Shown here: piece after piece, positions 24,171-32,633 of the stretch
Layout: each line of letters opens with the position of its first letter
Numbering within the stretch: position 1 is the first letter of the stretch
DNA from: a virus
Lineage: Duplodnaviria > Caudoviricetes
DNA length: 53,428 bases
Reading direction: 5' to 3' (one strand)
IMG/VR virus record: IMGVR_UViG_3300032303_001488
Location: 1-53,428 of that record
Translations under genes and position numbers: made by a program
Notes under the pieces: model-generated
Told to the model about the DNA's origin: nothing
Seen by the model: the letters and a program-made list of their open reading frames with translations, nothing else
Database searches by the model: none

Positions 24171-24769
24171 GCGAACACTGGCTGCAACACGCACACGGCA
24201 GGATTGTCGCAGGCGACGATGAGCTAGATGTGCTGGCAGACTACGGCTGGGTGCAGATCACCGACGCGGAGCGGGACGCTCTGGAGTTTGCCGTCGAAAC
24301 AGGTCGCGTTGCCACCCATGACACAGCTATCCTTCGCACACTACTGGATTCGCACACTACTGGAACGGATGAAATGACAGACATCATCGACCGGCTCCGT
24401 ACTTGGTGCCACGCCCCGAACGCTGCGTCGGCCCAAGACCTCATGGACGAGGCTGCGGATGAGATCAGACGCCTGCGTAGCTCAATGGCAGAGCAGCAGT
24501 TTTGTAAACTGCCGGTTGCTGGTTCAAGTCCAGCCGTAGGCTTCCTCACCGCAGAGGAGCGGGAGGCGTTCGCATGGGGCCTCAACTGGCTGGCCGCAAG
24601 ATTCTGCATGGATCACAACCCAGCCGCCCACCAAGACATCAAGACCCTACAGAAACTCTTTGCCCGCCTAGATGTGACAAAACCTATGCCCATAGAAACA
24701 AGTGCCGAGGTTTCGTCACACCCCAAAAGCGACCGCATCTACGTGTCAAGCCAAGATGCAAGCGACTAG
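24167..24769 (+). CDS. Hypothetical protein containing an in-frame tRNA; possible internal start at 24374
   Basis: ATGA coupling; motifs TDAERDAL, DIIDRLR...EAADEIRRLR and LTAEEREA are paralogous to 23916-24170. Confidence 0.6.
   Translation: MSEHWLQHAHGRIVAGDDELDVLADYGWVQITDAERDALEFAVETGRVATHDTAILRTLLDSHTTGTDEMTDIIDRLRTWCHAPNAASAQDLMDEAADEIRRLRSSMAEQQFCKLPVAGSSPAVGFLTAEEREAFAWGLNWLAARFCMDHNPAAHQDIKTLQKLFARLDVTKPMPIETSAEVSSHPKSDRIYVSSQDASD
24471..24542 (+). tRNA. tRNA-Thr(TGT)
   Basis: Full cloverleaf: GCCTGCG/CGTAGGC acceptor, GCTC/GAGC D-stem, GCAGT-TTTGTAA-ACTGC anticodon arm, GCTGG-TTCAAGT-CCAGC T-arm; no encoded CCA. Confidence 0.9.
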
Positions 24770-24875
24770 ATGACGACTCGACCCGACCATCGGCCATATA
24801 CCTAGTGTAGAGATACCGACCCACACCCAGCAGCTACGAAACTGCGCATCACAACAGAGAGGGGGTGATCGAAGC

Positions 24876-25085
24876 ATGGCGGCCCCAAAGAAGAAAAAGA
24901 GTGAGTACGGTTCGAGCAAGGGTTGCATGTCGGGCAAGCCCCAAGTCGGTGGCCAACCACCCGACCTACGTGCCAAGTTGACGGCAGCGTACAACGCCAT
25001 GGAGTACGGCGGCGGCACCAAGACGCCGAATGAGAACAACACGCCCAAGTACCCCGAGCGACAGAAGCCCAAGAAGTCCAAGTGA
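24876..25085 (+). CDS. Small basic protein
   Basis: GGGGGTG RBS; Lys-rich termini. Confidence 0.65.
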   Translation: MAAPKKKKSEYGSSKGCMSGKPQVGGQPPDLRAKLTAAYNAMEYGGGTKTPNENNTPKYPERQKPKKSK

Positions 25086-25092
25086 ACATGAA

Positions 25093-25494
25093 ATGCCGCG
25101 ACCTACCAGCTTTGCAGCTCTGCAAGAGTACGTGTGGACGAAACTTCCGCGCCGACGCTCCATGGTCGGCAAGGAAGCCGTCTACGACGTTGTCGCCCTG
25201 GCTGTGCAGGAATGGCCAGCGGAAAAGTTCGGCCAGTGCCAAGGCGAAGAGTCGGAACGCGACCTACTCCAAGGGCTAGAGCAGGATGTGCGGCGGCACA
25301 TGGACTTGGTCTATGGCGACCGCAAGTGCGGCTCTGTCTGGATCATCGCCCTGCAATTCATCCTCCCGATCATCATTCGTCTTGTTTACGATTGGTGGAA
25401 AAAGCGGAAGGAGAACAAGGATCGGATGGCCAAGTGGCAGTCCGAGCTAGTGGGCGACACTGACCCCCCATCTCCTCCGGTGGACAATGGCTAA
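25093..25494 (+). CDS. Hypothetical protein with one hydrophobic helix
   Basis: VWIIALQFILPIIIRLVYDWW. Confidence 0.7.
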   Translation: MPRPTSFAALQEYVWTKLPRRRSMVGKEAVYDVVALAVQEWPAEKFGQCQGEESERDLLQGLEQDVRRHMDLVYGDRKCGSVWIIALQFILPIIIRLVYDWWKKRKENKDRMAKWQSELVGDTDPPSPPVDNG

Positions 25495-27061
25495 ATACAA
25501 GAAGCCACAAGAGGGCATGTTCCCTCCCATGCAGCCCAATGAGGGCTTTGGGGAGTATCTGATCCGCACCGGCAACGCCCAGCGGGCCACGCCGTACAAG
25601 CGGCGGGCAGTCGATTACCGTACCCCGATGGCCAAAATGGTAGGGGATTTCAACACCGACATCACCAATCAAGAGCTTGAGGATTGGTATATGTCGCTGG
25701 ACGAGAGGGCCAGCCCCGAGCATGAGCAGTTCAAGCAGAGCCTAGCTGCCACCCTAGATGAGCCGGTATTCACAGGGTCGCCGCCAGACAAAGACCCCGA
25801 CGCAGACGGCTACGTGCCGATGAACTTCAATCAGTGGTTCTTGGAGAACATCACGCCGCTGGTGTGGAACAAGACCGGGGTGGACTACGACGCAGCCGAC
25901 AACATGAAGGAACAGGTTCTCGCCAAGCTCATGGGCGAACCCTACGACTTCTACGATCCAGACATTGAGCTATACACCACCATGGCTCTGGACAACCTCC
26001 GCGACGGCCAGACTGCCGACGAGTTCCCGGCCATGTCCGAGAGCGAAGCCGCCGAGGCCCAGCAGAAGTACGGCCCAAATGCCCGCTTCTACCTTGGGAA
26101 CGACAGGCAGGAGAACCGCGCCCGCGAAAACGCCTACCGTCTGGCGCAGACGTTTGCGAATGGCGAACACTCCCCACCTGGGGTCGGCGTTGCTCCTGCG
26201 GCTCTGGCAACAGCGGGCCAGACCATCAACGCCTTGGGCGACTTGCTGACCATCTCGCCACAGAACAGCGACGGCGGTGACGGCTACGACAATGCACGGC
26301 TGGCCGTGGACGCCCTATCGGGGATTCAAGGCCGCTTGCGGAGCGCAAACTACTGGTCGAGGCGTGGTGCCGAGCAACCCGAGCTGGCGTTAGACCAGAT
26401 CACCGGGGCCAACTCGCCCAATGAGTCTGCCACCAACATGGCGGGGCTGGGCAACAAGATGGCCAAGTCAGACGGCTACTACCAGTTCGGCACCAACGTC
26501 CTCAAGAGCCTGTTCGACACCGGAAGCACGGCCCGTTACGAGCATGAGCGTCTGAATAACCGCACTACGCCAATCGTCCCCGATAGCGTCAAGGCCGATC
26601 CCCAGCAGCTTGCTGACAGGGCCGAAGCCGCCAAGCTCTTCGAGGAACACAAGCAGGGCAGTGAGGACTACGCACCGGCAATGGCCAAACGGCTATTCGG
26701 ACGGACAACGCCGTTCGTAAATGACATGGTCAACCTGCCCCGCGAAATACTCACCGACCCTGCGAGCCTTGTTGGTCTGGCCGGTGGTGGCATCTACGGC
26801 CTAATGAAAGGCGGCTTGAATGCCCTGCCCGCCGTAACGGCTGGTATCGGTAGCGAAATGGTCGAGGAGGGCGTCGAAGGGGCCGCTCTTGGCGGCGGGT
26901 TCGGTGGGTACGACTATTTCTTTACCCCCACCGCTGATAACGCCCTGACCGGGGACGTAGACCCTCGGGACGCCAATGCTTACAAGTCCGCACTTGAGGC
27001 TGGCCTGCTTGAACAAGAGTCGAAACTCAAGCGGGCTAAGAGTCTCATGCAGCCCAAGTAG
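25487..27061 (+). CDS. Hypothetical protein, possible internal virion protein
   Basis: 524 aa; Gly/Ala-rich C-terminus; upstream of head genes. Confidence 0.7.
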   Translation: MAKYKKPQEGMFPPMQPNEGFGEYLIRTGNAQRATPYKRRAVDYRTPMAKMVGDFNTDITNQELEDWYMSLDERASPEHEQFKQSLAATLDEPVFTGSPPDKDPDADGYVPMNFNQWFLENITPLVWNKTGVDYDAADNMKEQVLAKLMGEPYDFYDPDIELYTTMALDNLRDGQTADEFPAMSESEAAEAQQKYGPNARFYLGNDRQENRARENAYRLAQTFANGEHSPPGVGVAPAALATAGQTINALGDLLTISPQNSDGGDGYDNARLAVDALSGIQGRLRSANYWSRRGAEQPELALDQITGANSPNESATNMAGLGNKMAKSDGYYQFGTNVLKSLFDTGSTARYEHERLNNRTTPIVPDSVKADPQQLADRAEAAKLFEEHKQGSEDYAPAMAKRLFGRTTPFVNDMVNLPREILTDPASLVGLAGGGIYGLMKGGLNALPAVTAGIGSEMVEEGVEGAALGGGFGGYDYFFTPTADNALTGDVDPRDANAYKSALEAGLLEQESKLKRAKSLMQPK

Positions 27062-27133
27062 TAAAAATCCTGCTGGAGTACCCCCGGCAGTAGCGTTCAT
27101 ACTTTGTGGCAACCCTTTCAAGGAGTGCCACGC

Positions 27134-28213
27134 ATGAGTGACGAAGATGTAGGCTCGGACGATTCGACAGAACTCGGGCCAGACGTAGTCACCAGCGATG
27201 ATGCACCAGAATCCGCATACGAAGAACCAGCGGAAGGCTCATCGGAAGAGGTCGCGGGAGAAGAGGCCGCCCCCGTCGAGGTCTGGTCGCACTTCCGACA
27301 GCTCCCCCAATTCAATGGCCAGGACGATAACGCCATTGCCGGAAGGCTCTACCAAGCCCTCCAAAGGGAAGAAGCCGTCGCCCGACAGCTCCAGCAGTAC
27401 CGATCCGTTATTCCGGTTGCTAGTGAATACCTCGCCAACCGACCTGCGTATGAGCAGTGGAAACAGTCGCAGCAGCAGGCTCAAGGTGGGCAGCAACAGC
27501 CTGTTCCCCAAGCCAAGCCCCAAGAAGAACCCTCCCCGTGGACGCCGCCCAAGCTGAAGGACAGCTACCGGCAGTACCTCGTCAAGGACGAAAACGGGCG
27601 TGATGTTATCTCGCCGGAAGCCCCCTTGGATGCCAAGGCGGCCCTGCAAGATCACATGGCATTTAGGGCCAACTTCGCCCAGCGACTCCTCGACAACCCC
27701 GAGGAAACTCTCCAGCCAATCATCTCCAAGATGGCCCGTCAGCAGGCACAAGACCTGTTTACAAGTGAGATGGGCCGGATGCAGGAACAGACCTTCGTGG
27801 ATCGCACCCTCGAAGAGAATAAAGATTGGCTTTATGCAAATGGTGTAAGTGGCGATGCGTCTGCGGAGGGACTCGCGGTACAGAAATACATTGAGGACAT
27901 GAAAGGGTACGGCATCCAAGGAGCCGAACCCCGTTGGGAGATGGCGAAGAAACTGTTGGAGCGGGATGTGCTTGAGTCACATGCTCGCAACCTTGAGGAA
28001 ACACTCAGGGCACTCCAAGGTCAACTCGCCGGTGCCCGACAGGTTCAGCAACAGCCGACAGCCGATGCCCGCAACATGGACTACCTGCGACAGCAGGCGA
28101 TGCGTTCAGCAAGTCGAGGGAGCGTAAGCACCACCGACACTCGAACGCCAAAGAAACCAATGACATTCGCGGATCGTTTCCGACAAGACCTTTCCGAAGC
28201 CGGATACACCTGA
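27134..28213 (+). CDS. Putative capsid scaffolding protein
   Basis: AAGGAG RBS; acidic N-terminus, Q-rich helical body; immediately upstream of capsid gene. Confidence 0.7.
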   Translation: MSDEDVGSDDSTELGPDVVTSDDAPESAYEEPAEGSSEEVAGEEAAPVEVWSHFRQLPQFNGQDDNAIAGRLYQALQREEAVARQLQQYRSVIPVASEYLANRPAYEQWKQSQQQAQGGQQQPVPQAKPQEEPSPWTPPKLKDSYRQYLVKDENGRDVISPEAPLDAKAALQDHMAFRANFAQRLLDNPEETLQPIISKMARQQAQDLFTSEMGRMQEQTFVDRTLEENKDWLYANGVSGDASAEGLAVQKYIEDMKGYGIQGAEPRWEMAKKLLERDVLESHARNLEETLRALQGQLAGARQVQQQPTADARNMDYLRQQAMRSASRGSVSTTDTRTPKKPMTFADRFRQDLSEAGYT

Positions 28214-28235
28214 CTAACTCCCGAGGGTAATTGAC

Positions 28236-29411
28236 ATGGCATCGCCAACAGATTGGGCACGGGTAATTGCGACGACCATTGTGAACCATCTCCGCGAGGA
28301 GGAGGTCGCAACCTTCCGCAAGTTCAAGGTGTTCGCGCTGCTTGAGTCCAGCGGCAACATCGTAATGAATCAGTCAGGCAGGGGCTTCGACTGGAACGTC
28401 CGCTGGAAAAATGCAAATGTGACGGGGAACACTGGTGACACGCCGCGAACCTTCGCTCGCACCAATTTGTTCAAGCGGCCCCAGTTGCCGTGGAAAGGCT
28501 TCGTCGCCACGGACGCGATTTTCCGGCGCGAAATGCTGGAGAACCGGGGACAGCAGGCCCTTGTTGACGTTGCGGGGAAAATGGCCGAGCGTCTGCAAGA
28601 GTCGCTCGAACAGCACCTCTCGTATCAGCCGTACAAGGACGGCAATGCGAACGACAACGACTTCCACGGCCTTGAGTCGTTCCTCGGCTACACGGCCAGC
28701 ACGACCATCGACGAGTCGCATGCCACCTCGGCGTTCGCTTCTCGCAACAGCAGCAACACCAGCGACCGCTTCGGCTTCCCCGATGACACCTTCGCGGACA
28801 TCAGCACGAAGCTCGGCACCTACGGTGGTGGTCGCATCAACACCGTTGGTACGGTCGATGCAACCACGCCGAAATGGCCGAACCATGCGGTCGATCCAGA
28901 GGCGGATTTTTGGTCGCCTGTGATCGTCAACTATAACTCGACCGGCTTGAACAAGGCCGCTGCGGGTTCGCAGAGCTGGGCGAAGAACTGCACCTTCGCT
29001 CTGCGTGAAGGCATCCACCAGACGAAGCGCAACGATTCGGTCAACAGCCAAGTGGACATGATCGCTCTCGACCGAACGCTCTACATCCAGTTCCTCAACA
29101 CGTACCGCGACAATGAGCGGATCGTCGTGTCGAAGGAGAGCGGCCTCAAGGCTCTGGGCTTCAATGATGTCGTGACCATCGACGGCGTTGAAGTGACGAG
29201 TGAGTACGCGGTTCCCGCTGGCAAGGGCTACGGGTTCAGCATCGGCAACATGCAGCTCCGCTGCTTGGAGTCGCAGCTCATGGTCGCGGAAGGCCCCTTC
29301 TTCGATGAAGAAACTCAGGCTTACCGTTACGCCTGCTCTACACTCGGCAACTTCTATTTCAAGAGTCCGAGAAATTTCTTTGCACTCGCCCCTGTCACCG
29401 CTGCGGCCTAA
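28236..29411 (+). CDS. Major capsid protein
   Basis: 391 aa; follows scaffold; FHGLES and LGFNDVVTIDGVEV motifs seen in HK97-fold coats; strongly biased codon usage. Confidence 0.8.
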   Translation: MASPTDWARVIATTIVNHLREEEVATFRKFKVFALLESSGNIVMNQSGRGFDWNVRWKNANVTGNTGDTPRTFARTNLFKRPQLPWKGFVATDAIFRREMLENRGQQALVDVAGKMAERLQESLEQHLSYQPYKDGNANDNDFHGLESFLGYTASTTIDESHATSAFASRNSSNTSDRFGFPDDTFADISTKLGTYGGGRINTVGTVDATTPKWPNHAVDPEADFWSPVIVNYNSTGLNKAAAGSQSWAKNCTFALREGIHQTKRNDSVNSQVDMIALDRTLYIQFLNTYRDNERIVVSKESGLKALGFNDVVTIDGVEVTSEYAVPAGKGYGFSIGNMQLRCLESQLMVAEGPFFDEETQAYRYACSTLGNFYFKSPRNFFALAPVTAAA

Positions 29412-29434
29412 CTCCCTGCTAGGAGCTTCCAACA

Positions 29435-30031
29435 ATGTCCAGTTTGTATTCCGATCCAGCATTTACTCGCGGCTCGACGCTGCTCAGTCTCTCGTCCACC
29501 GACACCGTCACCACGGACAGTGTTGGCATCGTTGAGGGTCGCGCAGTTGTGGGTCAGGTCAAGATTTTTCAAGACATCAACCCCACGACCAAGGCGATCC
29601 TCAGTGACCGTCTCGTCTACTGTGTGGCGGCCCGCTACAAGGGCTCGTCTGCACTCGACGCCACGGCCAATGCTGGCAGTGTGTACCTGTTCGACCCCGC
29701 CTCGCCGCTCGACACCTTTGGCAACACTGGTGGTGCCCTCGCCAGCACCTCCAATCTCACCAACAGTGCGCAGATGTTCGGCGTTCTGGACGAGTACCTG
29801 ACCGGCACCGTCCAGCCCAACGACATTGTGTGGCTGGTGGTCAAGGGGCCAACGTCCGTCAAGCAGACGGCAGCGGCCATCGGAGCGGGTGCTGTGGTCG
29901 GTTCCTCGGCCACGGCAGGCAGTGTGGCGGCGTTCTCTTCGGGTGCCGTTCTCGGTGCCCAGCTCGTCGGTGCCTCGAAGTCTGACAGTGGCACCCTCTG
30001 CCGCGTCAACCTCGCCAGCAGCTACGTCTGA
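29435..30031 (+). CDS. Putative capsid decoration/cement protein
   Basis: Small A/G/S/T-rich protein after capsid; WLVVKGP motif; AGGAG RBS. Confidence 0.65.
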   Translation: MSSLYSDPAFTRGSTLLSLSSTDTVTTDSVGIVEGRAVVGQVKIFQDINPTTKAILSDRLVYCVAARYKGSSALDATANAGSVYLFDPASPLDTFGNTGGALASTSNLTNSAQMFGVLDEYLTGTVQPNDIVWLVVKGPTSVKQTAAAIGAGAVVGSSATAGSVAAFSSGAVLGAQLVGASKSDSGTLCRVNLASSYV

Positions 30032-30056
30032 TACCAGTTGGCGACAAGAAATCATG

Positions 30057-30089
30057 TAACAGCCTGCGGAGCAACACCGCAGGCTGTTA
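30057..30089 (+). terminator. Hairpin after capsid genes
   Basis: TAACAGCCTGCGG/CCGCAGGCTGTTA 13-bp stem; weak U-tail. Confidence 0.6.
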
Positions 30090-30101
30090 TCATTTAGAGT
30101 C

Positions 30102-30800
30102 ATGGCTGACCGCACTTGTACCGTCTGTGGTACTAGCTACCCGCTAGACAAAGAGCATTTCCGCTGGCGAGAGCGGGACGGCGAGGGTTTCTTTGTCCCC
30201 GAGTGCCGTCGCTGCATGCAGCTACAGAAGAACGAATCTGGCACCAAGCTGCGGAAGAAGAAGAAGGACGGCCTCAAGAGAATTGAGCAGGCAGGGGTCG
30301 ATCTGTACGTCAAGTCGGTGCAGGCTGGCGGCTCAAACATCCCGCACTCTGCCGAGGTAATTGAACGGGTATTCCAATACTTCGGCGGGGTGGGCGGGTT
30401 CGCCGCCATGCTGGTCAAGCAGTATTACGATGCCCCTCCCGGTAGCTCGGCCCGCAACAGGCTACTGGAAACCCTCTGCCGCCTAGTCAGCAAGAACGTC
30501 GAACAGGGCGGGGCCAAGAAACCGCTAACGCTATGGTCAGAGGAGGAGCTTGAGGTCGAGCTTGACAACAGATTCAAGCAGGCAGTCGCACAGTGGAAGG
30601 GAACCACACTCAATGTCGAAGTCAAAGAAGCCCCTGCGTCACCCGAAGCTCTCGCCGCCGATCATCCCGACGATCCCGGCCCTGACGCAGTTCCAGAAAG
30701 AGCAGATCAAGGAGATTCAGAACGAACTTCGAGACAGGAAGCTCGAAGCCTTGAAGCTCTACCGCCCGAACCCCAACCAAGAAAAGATTCACGCCAGTAG
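30102..30800 (+). CDS. Putative terminase small subunit with N-terminal zinc finger
   Basis: CTVC...CRRC; directly upstream of and overlapping the large subunit. Confidence 0.55.
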   Translation: MADRTCTVCGTSYPLDKEHFRWRERDGEGFFVPECRRCMQLQKNESGTKLRKKKKDGLKRIEQAGVDLYVKSVQAGGSNIPHSAEVIERVFQYFGGVGGFAAMLVKQYYDAPPGSSARNRLLETLCRLVSKNVEQGGAKKPLTLWSEEELEVELDNRFKQAVAQWKGTTLNVEVKEAPASPEALAADHPDDPGPDAVPERADQGDSERTSRQEARSLEALPPEPQPRKDSRQ

Positions 30801-32313
30801 GGCCAGCGAAGTCCTTGTCATCGGGGGCAATCGGTCAGGCAAAAGCCTCTGCACTTTTGTCGAGGACGCCAGGGCGGTTACGGGCCAAGACCCCTACAAG
30901 AAATACCCGGAAAAAGACGGGATTCTGTGCATCGTAGGGAAAGATTGGAAGCATATTGGGATGGTCGTCTACCCAATGCTGTTCCAGTGGGGAGCCTTCC
31001 GCATCATCAAGGACAAGGTCACTGGTGATTGGCGGGCCTTCGACCCCAAGACCGACAAGCGGGAGGACAGCCGCCCCTCGCCGCCGCTGATCCCCCCAAG
31101 GTTCGTCAAGTCGGTTAGCTGGGTACTCAAATCAGCAAGCTACATCCAGAAGGCCACCCTCACGAACGGCTGGGTCATCCACTTCTTCTCAAGTGAGGGC
31201 GATCCCGTCCAAGGGTTTCAAACCAACAGATGCCATGTGGACGAGGATCTCTCAAATGAGAATTGGATCGGGGAGATGCAGGCCCGTATCGTAGACCGCA
31301 AAGGAGTATTTTCGTGGAGTGCGATGCCACATTCGACGAATAATGCTCTCCTCGGGTTGAAGGAGCGGGCCGAAGCCAGTGAGGCCGCACTTGGCGAGAA
31401 ATCGACGATACGTTTATTTCAGCTCAGGTTTCTCGACAATCCGCACCTAGACCCCGAAGAACAGCGCAAGTCCATCGAACGCTGGGCCGCTCTAGGTGAA
31501 GATGTCTTGCGGATGCGAGCCGAGGGCGACTTCATCACCGACAGCGTCCTGTGCTATCCCAGCTTCGATATGCGGATACACGGGATGCCAAGGTCGGAAC
31601 TGCCCAACGGCCAGATTCCCTACGATTGGTGCCGGTACGCCGTCATCGACCCCGGCCACGCCGTAACTGCGGTGCTATTCGTCGCAGTGCCGCCCTCGGG
31701 CGACTTCTGGCTCTGTTACGACCAGCTTTATCTCAGGCAGTCCAATGCCCTCATATTCGGTGAGGAGTTCCAGAAGAAGGCCCAAGGCTGGCATTTCCAT
31801 GCGTTTATCATTGACGCCCATGGTGGTAGGTTGCGAGACATCGGCTCCGGTCGGCTCCCCGTGGAGCAATACACAGAGCAGCTAGTCAAACGCAATATCC
31901 GCAGCCAGATCACCGGGGCGAGTTTTCTTGCTGGATGTGATGACATCCCGGCCCGCACAGAGTCTACGCGGACGGCCCTACATATAAGACCCGAGGGTAC
32001 GCCGATCCTGCGCGTGCTAGAGGGTGCCTGCCCCGATTTGGAGCGGGAAATCAAGCGTTATCGCAAGCTCGTCAACTACGTTAGCGGGACGCCCATTGTG
32101 ACAGACCGCCCCAATACTAAGGGCGAAGTTCACTTGTGCCAGACCCTTGAATATCTATGTGCCTATCGGCCTAGATACCATCGCCCGCCAGACAGGTCGG
32201 CAGAGCCAGAACCATGGTGGGTCAAGTGGCGGGAGAACCGCAAAAAGCGGCTGGGGGAGGAGCGGGGTAGCTATGTATATTTAGGCCCATCCAGAAGGGA
32301 GAGTGCTACATGA
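30613..32313 (+). CDS. terL: Terminase large subunit
   Basis: LYRPNPNQ..IH, Walker A GGNRSGKS, Walker B CHVDE, FLDNPHL, nuclease AVIDPG. Confidence 0.92.
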   Translation: MSKSKKPLRHPKLSPPIIPTIPALTQFQKEQIKEIQNELRDRKLEALKLYRPNPNQEKIHASRASEVLVIGGNRSGKSLCTFVEDARAVTGQDPYKKYPEKDGILCIVGKDWKHIGMVVYPMLFQWGAFRIIKDKVTGDWRAFDPKTDKREDSRPSPPLIPPRFVKSVSWVLKSASYIQKATLTNGWVIHFFSSEGDPVQGFQTNRCHVDEDLSNENWIGEMQARIVDRKGVFSWSAMPHSTNNALLGLKERAEASEAALGEKSTIRLFQLRFLDNPHLDPEEQRKSIERWAALGEDVLRMRAEGDFITDSVLCYPSFDMRIHGMPRSELPNGQIPYDWCRYAVIDPGHAVTAVLFVAVPPSGDFWLCYDQLYLRQSNALIFGEEFQKKAQGWHFHAFIIDAHGGRLRDIGSGRLPVEQYTEQLVKRNIRSQITGASFLAGCDDIPARTESTRTALHIRPEGTPILRVLEGACPDLEREIKRYRKLVNYVSGTPIVTDRPNTKGEVHLCQTLEYLCAYRPRYHRPPDRSAEPEPWWVKWRENRKKRLGEERGSYVYLGPSRRESAT

Positions 32314-32633
32314 GTCCAGAACAATCTTCATGGTCAATGCCGCAGCCTACTATCGGGGACGCGGTGCTGTTCGCCCCCGATCCCAACAGCATGAACCGGC
32401 CCTCATTGGGATTGGTTATCACCCCTCCCGGCGATAGTGCCGTGACCCTGGCGGTACTGTCACCCCACGGCATGACGGTTCACTCCGGGGTCAAACACAT
32501 CGACGATCCGGGGTGGACGCAAGAGAACCACTGGCACGGCCTCGGCGTGTGGGACTTTGCCCCCGTGACCAAGAACATCCGCTCACTCATGGAAAAGGGC
32601 ACTAAGGATGGCCGACAGTCTCCCGTCAAGTAG
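32310..32633 (+). CDS. Hypothetical protein
   Basis: PTIGDAVLF...V.H.DDP...W; coupled to terL and portal. Confidence 0.7.
   Translation: MSPEQSSWSMPQPTIGDAVLFAPDPNSMNRPSLGLVITPPGDSAVTLAVLSPHGMTVHSGVKHIDDPGWTQENHWHGLGVWDFAPVTKNIRSLMEKGTKDGRQSPVK

Noticed and set aside
28374-29462. 362-aa antisense ORF over the capsid gene (also 27239-27919, 44353-45318, 18740-19528, 29408-30115)
   Set aside because: Typical antisense shadows of high-GC, codon-biased genes; no motifs or convincing RBS
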